From: Ophelia neglecta
Taxonomy: Eukaryota
Assembly: GCA_965285935.1 (NCBI GenBank)
Contig: OZ260662.1
Coordinates: forward strand, 35,340,001 to 35,404,000
Direction of reading: 5' to 3'
DNA length: 64,000 nt
Translations under genes and position numbers: made by a program
The notes under the pieces: generated by a model
Told to the model about the DNA's origin: nothing
The model's input: the letters and a program-made list of their open reading frames with translations, nothing else
Databases searched by the model: none
In this document: in pieces, positions 1 through 13,100 of the stretch
Position numbering within the stretch: position 1 is the stretch's first letter
Layout of the letters: each line of letters starts with the position of its first letter

Positions 1-613
1 AAATTGAATGAAAAATGATTGCTTCGTAGCATGAGTGGCACAATCCCAAAACCTTTTACATACTTGTAAGTCTTCAATAAGTATATAACTTAATATAAGC
101 AGGGAGAGCATTAAATATTAAGCTCCCCTTGTAAAAAGATGTTTGTCTACATGAGCCTACTCTGGGTACAAGATTACAGCAAAGGTGTTTATATATATAT
201 ATATATGTATATATATATAATGTCTGATTACAGGCACTACCTGGTCAACCTGCAGCTGAACATGTAGGTCACCATATAACTTGTTATATAGGTATGCTGG
301 GGCAGTTCCCCTGAGACAACTAGACATGAAACCTACCAATTTACATTGAAGCCTGCTTCGTACATTAAGACTTTTCATGTCACAGGAGTAATTTCACTAA
401 TATTTAGTCAAGAGCAGATCTAAAGTATTAGGATGTTTACATGGGAAATGTTGGCCATGGAGCAAGCCATCTGTGTAAAGGAAATTAATCTTGTCCGCTT
501 GTCAAAAAAGCACCATTTTGGAATAAAATCCATATGTAAATGTAACGCCCACTAACCACTCATGTAAACCTCATCATTAGCATTTCTGCCTAGAAGACCT
601 GCAACTTGGCTTG

Positions 614-685
614 CTAATATAATGAATTGGCTAACTAATATAATGAATTGGCTAACTAATATAATGAATTGGCTAACTAATATAT
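614..685. repeat. 21-bp tandem repeat (CTAATATAATGAATTGGCTAA, ~3.3 copies)
   Basis: Unit seen three times in a row plus a partial copy. Confidence 0.9.
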
Positions 686-1169
686 AAATTTCTCCTAAAG
701 CCAAACTACACGTATACCCAAGTCTTATGTTGTGCTGTCTGAGGCATGCGACTAGTCTTCTTTGAGTCTTGAGTTACTGTACCCCGACAACTTACATTAT
801 CAAAAATAGGCTGGATAAGTGCAGAAACAATAGATAAGTCTCATGTTTGTGTTATAAAACTATCTATTAAAATATATCATTTCTATACTATATATTTAAT
901 TGCGCTTTATCTCTTTTAATTACACCCTGTAGCATTCTCTAGACATTTATTGATCAAATCATGTTATCCGGTAGTCTACAACAGCAATATATTTACATCA
1001 AACCTTCAAATCGGAACTTTGCAGAATGGTGTGTTCCAAAAATATATTGAACAATAACATTCTTTATAAATACCAGTTGTCTTCAGGGAGGGTCACAGAA
1101 GCATGGCATCCAGATCATGGCACTAGTTGTTCTGTTAGATAAACATCTTACTTCTATAAACAATAGGGA

Positions 1170-1520
1170 TATGATCATGGGGGCTTCCTTGACTATATAA
1201 GGCTCAGTGGCAGATGATATTCTTTTGGATACTTGGTATAGATATGGTGTCATAGATTTTGAATATAATTGGTTTGCAGGCTATTTATCAATAGAAATTG
1301 TATGAGTGTTAATCCAATGAATCTTTTTTACGTGTAGAGTACGACAGAGTTCTACCCTTGATACATTGTTTTTCACGATACACTGTTAAGAGAATGATCT
1401 TGTGAATATCAACAGTTGTGTTCCTATATTATTTGGTGATGACACTAATATTTTTGTCTCAGGAAGAGAGATGTAAATTAAATGAAAGAATCTATGATTG
1501 CTTAACTAGAAAAAAATATT
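1170..1520 (+). mobile_element. Degenerate LINE (CR1/L2-like) reverse transcriptase fragment
   Basis: Frameshifted translation gives FLD...DILL...YRYGV...YNWF..YLS, CRVRQSSTL (decayed GVPQGSIL) and NDLVNINSCVPILFGDDTNIFVSG (the LFADD catalytic motif). Confidence 0.7.
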
Positions 1521-4192
1521 TAAAAAGCTCGTTATATTATATTTACTTCATGATGGGTAGGTTGATTATATCAATTTGCTGACAACCGAAGGTCTCTGTT
1601 TTTGGAAGTGCCTTCTGGAAAGTATAGACTATTATACTGATTACAATAATTATTTGTTGGTTTCATTTCGTAGCCTGTTTTGAGGCACTCAGGAGAAAAT
1701 AATGGGCATGCAAAGCATACAGGTTTCACAATAAACTTTTTTTTTATATTTCACTATTGCCTGAATATTATGAAGTAATTATTATATGTGTTTGGACAAT
1801 CTTGGCTGCACCAGATGACAGATTTTCTTATACACAGGCAACAAAAAATGGTAAAACTACATAATACTGTTTTCTGCTGTGATAAATAATCAGTTTTGCA
1901 TTATTACAAAAACATACGGCAAGTATTCAATGCCCTTACACACCATAATAATGTATATTTGCCATAAATCATACAGCAAAAACACAGACTTACACTGTAG
2001 GAGCATAAACGTGATTGGAAGCAAAGCACATTGACATTGAATTGAAATGTATAGAGCCTCTACGTCCTTTTTTTGTTAAATGTCTGGAGTGTGATCAGCC
2101 CGTCTGACTGAGCTTTATTAAACAATGCAAGGGATATAACTGAGAATAAACTGCAGCGGAGGACAATAGAAACATGGTTGACATAAATTTACTAGGTACT
2201 CTGGGATTTAAGATTACCCCTTACCCCTGAATTGGTTTTCTATGGCAGTACCGGGGTAATTAACAGATTAACCAGATACACCAAGAGTCAAGCCATCTGC
2301 ATATGTAACATAAGTCTACACTTAACAGCATATGGCATGTCATTGACATAAATAAAACAAAAACTATAGGTGTTGTATACTTTGATCCTTTGGAACCCTA
2401 CACACAATGCAGTATACTCATTCTGCCAGACAAAGAACCATTAAGAGTCTAAATTAGCATTACATATTGGCCCCTGTACATAAGATTTAAACAATACAAC
2501 ACTTTTATCATATATTCCAAATGACATTAGTTTTTTTTAAATAAAATAATATGGTCAATGGGTCAAACTTTACAATTCAACGACCAACATTATATATAAC
2601 AGTCAAATCACCATTGGCCCAAAAACCTCTGAAAATATATAGCTAATATTAATCAAACAGTCTCTGTCGAGTACCTGAGTCTGAAATTTATGTGTGGTGT
2701 TATGCATGCACAGTGACCATAGAGAGAATTGTTTTGCCCACCAAGATGGCGGCCGGATTGAGACCGGAAGTGAAGCGCCTATGCAAATCGGGTTATACTT
2801 AAGAATCAACCTAATCTAGACAATATAATTGCCTGGCAAATTCAATGTGTTAATGAAATAATTCCTATCTACATCAGTGAAGGAGGAGCCAAGGTATTTG
2901 TCCTCGGGGTAATAACAAGGTCTGCCTTGATACTTAAGAGGTTTATTTGCCTATACTGATAAGTCCACATAGTTAAATATATAAAGTGTACCCATGCATA
3001 ATCAAGTTTAAGACTAGAGAGGGATCCTCCAATGACCAGCATTGTCATAATGTGCCAAATGTTGTTTGTCAATCCTTAGTCCACTTAACAGTAATGGTGT
3101 TTTCTCCTATTCGACCTATTCTAAGTCCGGCAAAGTGGTGGATACAGTCAACTAAATACATAGCCTGATAAAACCACTTGAAATGATAACAAAATAAAAT
3201 CAAGAGGACTGGATGCATCGTTTATTTGAACTTTCCTAGTTTTTAATCTGCAGTAATATTGTTGCTCACTTAAGTTTTGAGAATCTCTTTTGAGTAATAT
3301 GATTAAAAACAGCACAGTTAAGTTTAAGAGATATGCTCCTGAAACAAAATATAGACAGAGGGACAAACCAGGGGATGCCATATAATAGCAAAACTGTCAT
3401 GCATTATTCATTATTCATGCATACAACTCACTAAGATTTGAATAAATAAGGTGACTGCACTATATATTAAACAAAAACCTGCCTTATGTAGAGAAGTAGG
3501 TGAGTATGCAAGAGATTCTATAAATCTTCTATTCTGATTTAACTTACTATTGCATTTGAAAAGGAATACGTTGGCACTCTCCTCCATTCAGTTGAAAGTT
3601 TAATTATAGGACCTTTAAATGCGACAAAATGGCAGTAGATTTAAATTATCAGCGGTCCACTGTGGCTTAGATTGACATGGATAATTGTATTAAGTGCTAG
3701 TAAGAAGTCAAAAAGGAATCGACTGATGATCTTAGACTAAGACCTCAGCCTCTTCATGTGAAACAAGATACGAGAGATTATCCGAAACTGAGCCTGTCAC
3801 AACCTATTATTTAATCTTTATTATGCAAGTTAATTAAGTAAATTAATCTGTAGACACTTTCTTTCTATATATAGTTTAGGCAAACAACTTAAATTGTTTA
3901 ATTGATACTTGCAGAACTTAATACAACAAAGACATATTTTCCAGTTATGGGAGCTACTGCCCAGTTTATTAAAACTTAATTCATACTCCTGTACAATACA
4001 CACACACATGGCTGACAATATCACAACTTGTTTTCCATTCAAGTCCAACGTTTCATAATTACATAGAGTGTGCTACTTGATTTCAATGTCCTCTCTGCAT
4101 TATAAGAACAATGCACACATTTAAACAAGCAAAGAACTAAATACTAATGAGTATTCATGTGACTGTACAATAATTCCTCTCTTTGGTCATTT

Positions 4193-7100
4193 TTATCTTC
4201 CAAGCAAACTTGTTCCTTTGAAACCCTCTTCAGGTTGGCAAGCTGCAACAAAAATACATACTTATAGCCATTATACATTTATAACACTAATATAATGAAC
4301 AGTTTTATCTCTTTTATGTTTCTTTATATTGATTCATGACATGGACTATTTTCTTTATTAACTACAGTATCACAATGAATACACCAGTGAGGACAAATAA
4401 TTAATCTAATAATAAAATTTAAATGCTCTGGGCTGGGTACAATCTGTGTTTTTATCAATTCTTACATTATTACTGATGAACACAAATGATTTGGATGAAA
4501 TGTTAATTTTTGTTTTGAGGGGAACATCAGCCACAACGTCACAGGCTCTGACCAGACAAGACGTGCCCACAGAACAAGCCCACAATCGAGGTCAACTGTT
4601 GCAATGAATCAGCTGCTCTCGAGGCCTAGGTGATCAAAACCAAAAATAAAGTCTTAGAATGGAGAAAATTAACTGGCGTCAAGACTTTCTTTATTAGAAA
4701 GTATTTTTGGTATAGTTTAAAAATGAGCTAAAATATCTGCATTGGCGCCGCTCATACGGCATAAGAACATTTTGGCTAGCCTTTATATTTCTCATAACTT
4801 TGTGCTCATTCTAAGGTCAAGCTATTCACTAAACACATGCTAAAAGAAGATTCTGTTGCCTGTTTGTATGTATATGCGGCTAGCATGCCTTGTTTGATTG
4901 TCAGTTGTAGTGTTGTCAGAAAATAAAAGTTAATCCAGACAATTTATGGCACTTGGAAGGCCAGAATGCCTTTTATTGCCAGAAGACAGTGCTTGCCTGC
5001 TGATTGGCTGAATATTGTAACATTGCAGTTGGGCAAAGTTGCTGGAGCCACAAGTTAAAACTATCTTTAATACATATCTGGCTACAAATGTCCATTCAGG
5101 CTGCGGAAGTCACCCCAAATTCAAGCAAAAGTGACCGAGATTTAGTACTAGACACTTCATGACAGTTTGATTAAGACACAAGATCACCATTAAATTGCTA
5201 GCACATTACTTCTTATTAGTTGTCAATACAGCTGAATTGTATAGCTTGCACCTTTACCCATTAATGGCCTTTTGAAACTTCCGCCATTTTGAGAGTATTA
5301 CAGGGAAAAATATGCAACAGGTGACTTAAATTGAGACCCAAGGTAATATTCAAGGTCACCACTGGATTCCTTGTATATGATTTCCTATAAGTGGTCAATA
5401 CATCTGAAATGTCAATCTAACACCATAAGCGTCTAACACCTACGGCCCTGAGGCTATTGCTAGCGTCCGTGTAAGCTTATTTGCAAAAAAAACATTCCAT
5501 CAATCAGCTATTAAGACTCCCAATAAAATATGCCGAGTCTCAATATAATCGTGAAAAAAACACCCAAGGTCAAATTCAAGGTCACCACTTGACTTCTTGT
5601 ATATGATTTCCTATAAGTGTTCAATACATCTGATATGTCTATCTTGCACCGACTGGCCTGGACATACGACGGACGGACGACCCTACTACTTTGTCCCTTA
5701 GGGGCAGAGACATGAAAATAAACTTGCTGTACATACCTCTGACATCATCAAGATAAGCAGTATCAATATCCCCATTAGGTTCATCAGCCTGAAGAAAAAT
5801 TGGAAACTGAATTCATTTAAATTCTCAATTTGATATTAATAGTATCAATCACAATTATTCCACACACAAATATATCCGTCACCACATCTAGCTGGCCAAG
5901 AAAATGAAAGGTTTTTCTTTTTATTGCTATGAGTGAGGGTGTTGTGGAATACTATTCAGACTAAATTTTCACAATTTTCAAGAGGGTAATAAAACTGTCG
6001 AGTCTTAATTTGATATCTAATAAAAGTCAAATAAAAAGAAATACTAGATACATTGTTCTAATTCAGCCTCAGACAAGAGAAAGAATCAGCAATGTGAGTT
6101 TCAATAATATGACATTAATAAATGTGTGGAATACTACTGTACATCAGGAAAACATGCAATCTGATAGGATAATATTTAGGTACGATAGTATTCCGCAAAA
6201 ATAATGTGTCATTATTTCATTCCATAATATTCTAACTTTGATCCAGTTAGAATAGTAACTCACAAGGAAGAGTTTTTTTTCCCCATTACTTCTGGATTAA
6301 CCTGCTGTTGTGGTTGGCAGTTGGGGAGGACATGTTCCCTTTGCATTTCTTCCATGTAAAATGAAACAGTAATTTTTGCCAAAAACTGAGTCAGACTTTT
6401 TGCTTAACCCTGATTAATGGATACCTTACATTGTTCTTTGCCCTGGCTGGCATATTGTTTGAAGGCTCTTCAAAAACAATGCCAGGGAAGTTTTGGATAT
6501 ATTCTAGGTGACTAAAAAATTGATTATAAAACTGCATGGCAAAGTTATATTGGCAGCCGCTGCACAAAGAACAATGTTAAAAAATAAGACTCCATACTAC
6601 AGAGTAATAGTGGAGTCATAGAAAAACTGACCTGCAAACATAAGACTGTGTCTGGCAGGACATGGAGACTAGCAAGGCTTTCTCCTTCACCCCGGAGCTC
6701 TCGGCCGTCCATTATCAAATGCTGGTCACTCACCATTATTTTGAAGGCCAAGAAAACCTGTTAAAAACAAGACATTCATCACACGATCATTTCAACTGAA
6801 GTCAAACATTAATGGAAGTTAATTTAGCAGTGAAAAGAACTATTTGTGGAAAAATTTAATAGAAAAAAAGAAGAAGTAATTTAACCTTTTTCTTTAAATC
6901 TCTGAGAGACATTGTTGAGTTAATTTCAATTTCCTTGATGCCTCGCGAGAGACGTCTTCGTGAGCTCCTTCTGAGATCCAGCTTTGCCACTTTTGGGGGA
7001 GGCTCTTCCTCAAACTGACTGCTTGAATGCTGGCAACATTAAAAATGTACAATACTTAATAAGATATATCTAACTGCATGCAGCAACTGTAAGGAATGTA

Positions 7101-10100
7101 GTAGAACAGGTTGGAGAAAGGTTAAAAGTAGAAGTAAATTTATGGACCCCAAAAGATTATCAAAAATATTATTGGACATTTCCAAGATATTTTTCTGGTA
7201 ATTATTTTCATTTTTTCCCCACACCAGGAACACTTAAAACATGCCATTTGAAATGTATTGGAGTACTTGAGGCATTTAATTCAGATATTAATAACTTGGG
7301 GAAATGACATTGATAGAATTTATGCCCCCTTAAGTCAAGAGTGATGATTCAAGGGTGGAGATAGAAAATTGTCATTTTGTTCCTATGTGAGAAGGCAATA
7401 CATCAACTCAGGTAGAACAAGGCTGACAGCTAATTATAGCCAATTTTTCATCCTACATGCTCATGTGGCTTCATTTGACAATGAAACATTTTAGTCTTCA
7501 ATGACAAAATGAATAGTCTACCTCATATGGCAGGGAGTTCATTAATATGGAGGAGTCCCTTCCCCCCCCCCCCCCTTTCAATATAGGAATAACCCTAACA
7601 ATAAAGACCCAACTATTAATAGCCTGAAATATCAACTGAAACTAAATTCCCAAATTTTCCCCTTTAAAGACTTTACTTTTGTTCTGTTTCCCGACAACAT
7701 CCACCCCACTACATCTCTTTTTTGATCAGCCCCAATAAGCAGCTGAAACAGGACTCCAGTTAACCAAAGCCTTTGAATTTTTTTAAAATGAACTTTTATG
7801 AAATGGACAAGCAATATATGGTCAATTCATTAATTCCCTCAACTAGATCTGTGTCGGCTTACCTGGGCGAAATCGGGGTCACCCTTGCTCGAGTCCACAT
7901 GGCCGTTGTCCTGAAGCTCGGACTTGGCTGCTTCTTGAGTGCCCGCTATCTTCTGTACAAACACTGTAGCCTTGGTGTAGTTCAACTGTGCCTCCATTTT
8001 CTCTGTTTCTCTTTGCTTACAACATCCTTCACACATAGCTGAAAAATAAAGTGCCACACTTTTGGGTTATCAAAAGAAATATACCGTAAATGTTCCAATG
8101 TAAACCGCGTGAAACAGCGTTTTCATATCAGAAAACAAGGGTTAATACAGCCCGAAAGAAGGGGGTGCGGTTTACAATGGGTTTTAAGGTTCCAGAAAGT
8201 CGGGAGGAGTCACCAAATACGAGTTATAAGCTGGCGATGCGTTTTAAGTAGTGAGCGAAAATAGGTGCATTTGGACACCGACTCATTTGTTTCTCAAACA
8301 TTGGTATATTTCCCGTAAAAACCATAATAAAAGAAATCATGAACGACTTTTTAACATTTATTAAAACATTTACCTCAGCGGGCATGCTGCGAAGACCTTT
8401 ATTTACACCAAACAAATATAAAACATATCCCCGGTCGTCCGGAATTGTTTCACAGTGGTAGTTTTGACTGGTAGCGCCAATTTTTAGTGGCGGGAAAGAG
8501 GTAAGTAGTAGTGTTGCTTATACAGGCCTCAAGTCTAGGACTATACTGCAGTGGGCTATTTTTAGATCTAGTCGGCAAGTGGCCGGAAATCCAGAGTGTT
8601 CTTTCGCTCCAAAATAATATAGATAAAGGCAGGGGGGGGGGGGGACTACATGTCAGACAAGTCGAACTCCCGGGCTGTCGATCTGGCGTTCTTTGTTGCT
8701 CGGAACCTGGCAATCACCTTTAGCTTGAAGCTGGCTGTGTAGGATCGTCGTGTAGCGGGCATCTTGTTTCGGCGTGATATTCAGAGTTGTGTTGTCGATA
8801 TGGTAGTCAGAAGAGAACTGATTTTGTTGGTAGAAGGGCCTGCTTTTTATTGCCGATCAGTGGTTGAATTGCGATTTTCAACGATCTCTTTGAAAAATGT
8901 CGACGGCAATTTAATTTTGCATCATCTAATCAAGAGGCGCTAAAACTTAATTGTGTTCAAGCTGTGTGCTCCACTTGTGGGCTCAACCGCCGATCAAAGC
9001 CACGTGGCTCTAGGTTCCTATACCAGTTGTGTGAAGTGCTATTGTGAAGCCACAATACGAGTTATTAGAACGTAACTGTGAACAAGCAGTGTGCTCAGCC
9101 CCGGGTCTCAACCGCCCATCAAAGCCGCGTTTTCACAGTTTACTATATCAGTTGTGAGGAGTGGGAATGCATAGCCACGTTTGGAGCATAAAGTGACACC
9201 TTTGATGTGCATGGCGATACCTTTGTTTATTGCTGTTTGATACACACGATAGTACACCATAATACTCGGAAAATCTACCACTTTGCAAAAAAATTGTTGC
9301 GGTTTACTAAGGGATTTATTCCAAGTAAGTTTCGAGCTTGGAAAAAAAGACTCTGGCAGGATCAATAGTCGCGGTGCGGCGTACATAGGGACGCGGTTAT
9401 CGATGGAACGGAAACGGTAATGCAAATGACACAACTTGCCACAGGCAAAAGCACTTAAAACCCACTATTCCCCATCTTGATAGCAAACTGTTTCAATTTT
9501 TACAAAGCATCAATATTTACAAATTACCAAGAACACAACTTTACGTATCATACTTTTAATAATGTAATCTGTCGATCTTGAGAGCTCAGCTTTTATCTGA
9601 GAATGTTTGTTAGGACAAAAAAGCTATTAAATAAACTCTGGAAGGCAAGTCTGAAACTTTCTTTTGTAGTTTTGTTAACAGCTCCTTGTGAAATTCAGTT
9701 ATCTATGCCATGAATCTCTGTCCAATTAAGTGTTTCCAGACACAATTAACATATGTGTGACATGCAGTTTCTTTGGTGCAAATGGCAATAATTAAAAAAA
9801 ATGGTTCCTTAAAATGTAAGGCTCAACACCAGGAAACTCCACATCAAATATTAAGAGGAATGTATATATATAACAGGAAGAGTTGTGATTCAAGAAAGCT
9901 GAAGGAAAGACACCTAATCAATAATAACATCAGGTTCCACAGGTTCACATTAACTTATTGATTTTATTTATATTGTCAGTCAGTAACTAGTAATACTACT
10001 GACTACATTCTTTCATTAACACTCACCTGGAGAACACACGTACACGTCAGGCGAGCCTTCGGTTGAAATCCGCATGACCATTATTTCAACATCACACTTC

Positions 10101-13100
10101 ACTAACTTTTCTAACTGTGCCCATTCAGAATGCCAAATGTACACAAACCTGAGAAAAATTGGAAAATAAATGTCATATATGTGAAAGAGACGTGAAAGGT
10201 TTATTCGCTGCCTAAGAGAACTAGTATTGTTACATAGGAGTGTGTACCTTTTATTGAGAGTCAGTGGACTGACAGATTGTGGATGGAATGGAAATCCACC
10301 ATGCGGACAAAGTAGGGAATTGTTTGCTGTTTCTGTTATTGGTTCACTGGTGCCTTTATCTCTGGAAATATAAAAAAAAACTGGCATTTATGTATGCATT
10401 ATGATACAAATTTGATTTTACATCATATGAGAAATAGTGCTTCCCTCCACAACCTATTACATATAATGTAATTACCCATAATTTACAGACATATACCGTA
10501 AGGCCGCTAATAAATGGTACCCAGTATTAATTTATTCACTTCTGTGTCATAGTATTTTAATTATTTTTTACCTGCAATAATAAGCCCTCCAACATGGTAA
10601 CATATTCAAGAGAAAATCTGGTAAGCCACATGAAAAAATTTCTATTTTGCCTGTAATAATTCATACAGGGATAAAACTAATAATGGATTGTTAATATACA
10701 TAATAAGCCCCTGTATAAAAAAAATCTTTGAACGCTGGCTGGTAAGTACCTGATAAACTGTTTCCAGGCTTCTACAAACTCGGCTGATAACACATTCAGC
10801 TGTTGTATATTATCCTTCCACGTCGGTCTGTTCCTGTCTAGATAAAGGTCCCGCAAGGCGGCTTTCTGCTCAGCTGCCATACATTTTTGTTGATCAAGAG
10901 CAATGTTAGCCTGGCCAATGATATCCTATGGGGTATTACAGTAATATCAAGCTGGGGTATTACAGTAATATCAAGCTGGGGTATTACAGTAATATCAATT
11001 TGGGGTATTACAGTAACCTCAAGCAGGTCGGTAGCATGTAGTACTCATAATTCAAAAGTACCAACCTGGCATTCTTGACATGGCGTGGCATTGAAAGAAA
11101 ACTCAGGTGCATTTGGAAAATGTGCCTTCAATCTCAGCCAAATATCCTTTGGTACTAATCTCCGACAGCTGGTATCTACGACTAGTTTACCTACCATAAA
11201 AGGGTACAATTAAATGGGAATATCTGTAGCATATCAATTTACTCACTACATGTAATGTTAAGGCAGTTTCCCAATGGATGCTGGGCCATAAGGTCCACAA
11301 CTTCATAACCCAGATTTGTAAAGTTCTGTGGAGTTTCTGTGGACATAGCACTCATAACCGCAAACTAGATACACATATACTTGTTGGTCCACTGGCAATG
11401 AAGGATTAATAATAAAGCATTTGTTTTTCTCATTAGTTTACAATGTGAATATCACATTTGTCACTGTAATTCCAGCAGTATGCTGCAAATGCCTAATCTG
11501 TTTAGTACTTTAATGACCTTACCATGCATATCACAGAGAACATCTTCATTAAACTGTAAGTGATCCTGCTCCTCACAGTCCACCGAGTCACAGGCGGTGG
11601 CCCCACCACCTTCACCCACGCCATTGCTACCCGTCACTGACACCGGGCCACTGTTAGGGCCAGTCTCGTTTGTACCGCCTTCAGATATTTGTCTACTGGA
11701 TGGGGGTTCATCATCTTTTGCTTGATTAGTACATTCTTCAGCCGCCAGGCGTCTCCAGCTGCGCAGAGATGACTTGCTGACCCAGTAGCAGTCCTCTGTG
11801 CTGTAAGTTCAGAGCTTATCATTTAACGAGATTCAATGTGCTTTCCTTTCATATCTGAAGGGATGAACTTGACATGACAATCCCCTTTACTTGAAGAAAA
11901 CTTCATTTTCATTGCAATTTCCATACTTTGAAATCATTCCCCACGAATGCAAGACTAGACCAGAGAATCAGTTCCTGGGGAGGGTTCTGCCCAGATCCAC
12001 TCTATGATACAGTGTGGTCCTCCTCCACATCCACAACTAACTGGGAAAAAGGGACTTCTGCAACTTTTATTTTTGCTTTAATTAAACAGGCCATGCAAAG
12101 GTCAAGCTCACTGTCAGCTTGTAGTTTTAAGTTGGCCATTCTATCTGTATTGCTATTGAGAAGCAGAACGAAACCCTCTAGACACCCAATTTATGAGAAC
12201 CATAGAGGTAAACAGATGGCCTATAGAAACACAGTCCCATGCTTGACCTTGAAGTAAAGGTCCATGTATAAATCAAGGTCATTGTTAAATGGAAAGCTTG
12301 TTTGTTCTGAGCTCAAGACATTATCTGATTTCTTCCCGATTGAACTTTAATCCAGACATATTACGTTAAAAAGCATCACAGCAGATTGGTTCAAATCTGT
12401 CAAACACTTTAAAATTCTGGTTGTCTTTAGATTCAACCTTCTAAACCTACTAGTGGGCACTTTTCTATCTACTGCTGCACATTTCTCCTGTCACAACAAC
12501 ACACATCTTTGTGCTCACCCGCAGACTTCTTCATCCATTCCCATCCTCTTTCCCACATTTCTCTTCCCTGCCACCCATTGACAAAATTAAATTCCAATCT
12601 GGCTGAATAGAATGCAGGGTGATCTAACTTCTAGTGGCCGCTGTATGTGACATCTATCTAGAGTAAAACCTGGTAACTTACTTTGTAGGAGAATCTTTTG
12701 ACTTCAGCAATGACATGATCATTTTGCTGTCCTCTGCGATCCTAGCACTTGTGTGTATCACCCTACATTGACTCACAACACATTTCTCACAGAACACATC
12801 TTCACTGAAAACAAAACATACTAGGTAAACATTATAAATCCCCTTATAACTACTCAAATAATCCGAAATCAATTCTTTAAAGCAAACTTTCAAGCAACAC
12901 AAAAATGTTTCCAGAATTAATCAGCTATCATAGGACAAATTAAAAAAAGCTTCTGGAACTGACTCATTACACTATAACTACAATGAGGATTTGTCGGCAA
13001 ACCAGTGAGCCAAGCAGACGCCACAGAGTAGAGATGATTTGTTTTGACTCACCCCCTCAATCTTGGCCCTCCTCCGTAATTTGCATAGATCATGTCGGCT

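Noticed and set aside
2718-2780. YY1 (AAGATGGCGGC) plus ETS (CCGGAAGT) motifs as a gene promoter
   Set aside because: No associated exon or ORF could be supported. The adjacent CATAGAGA start resembles a transposon end, and such ends often carry these motifs.
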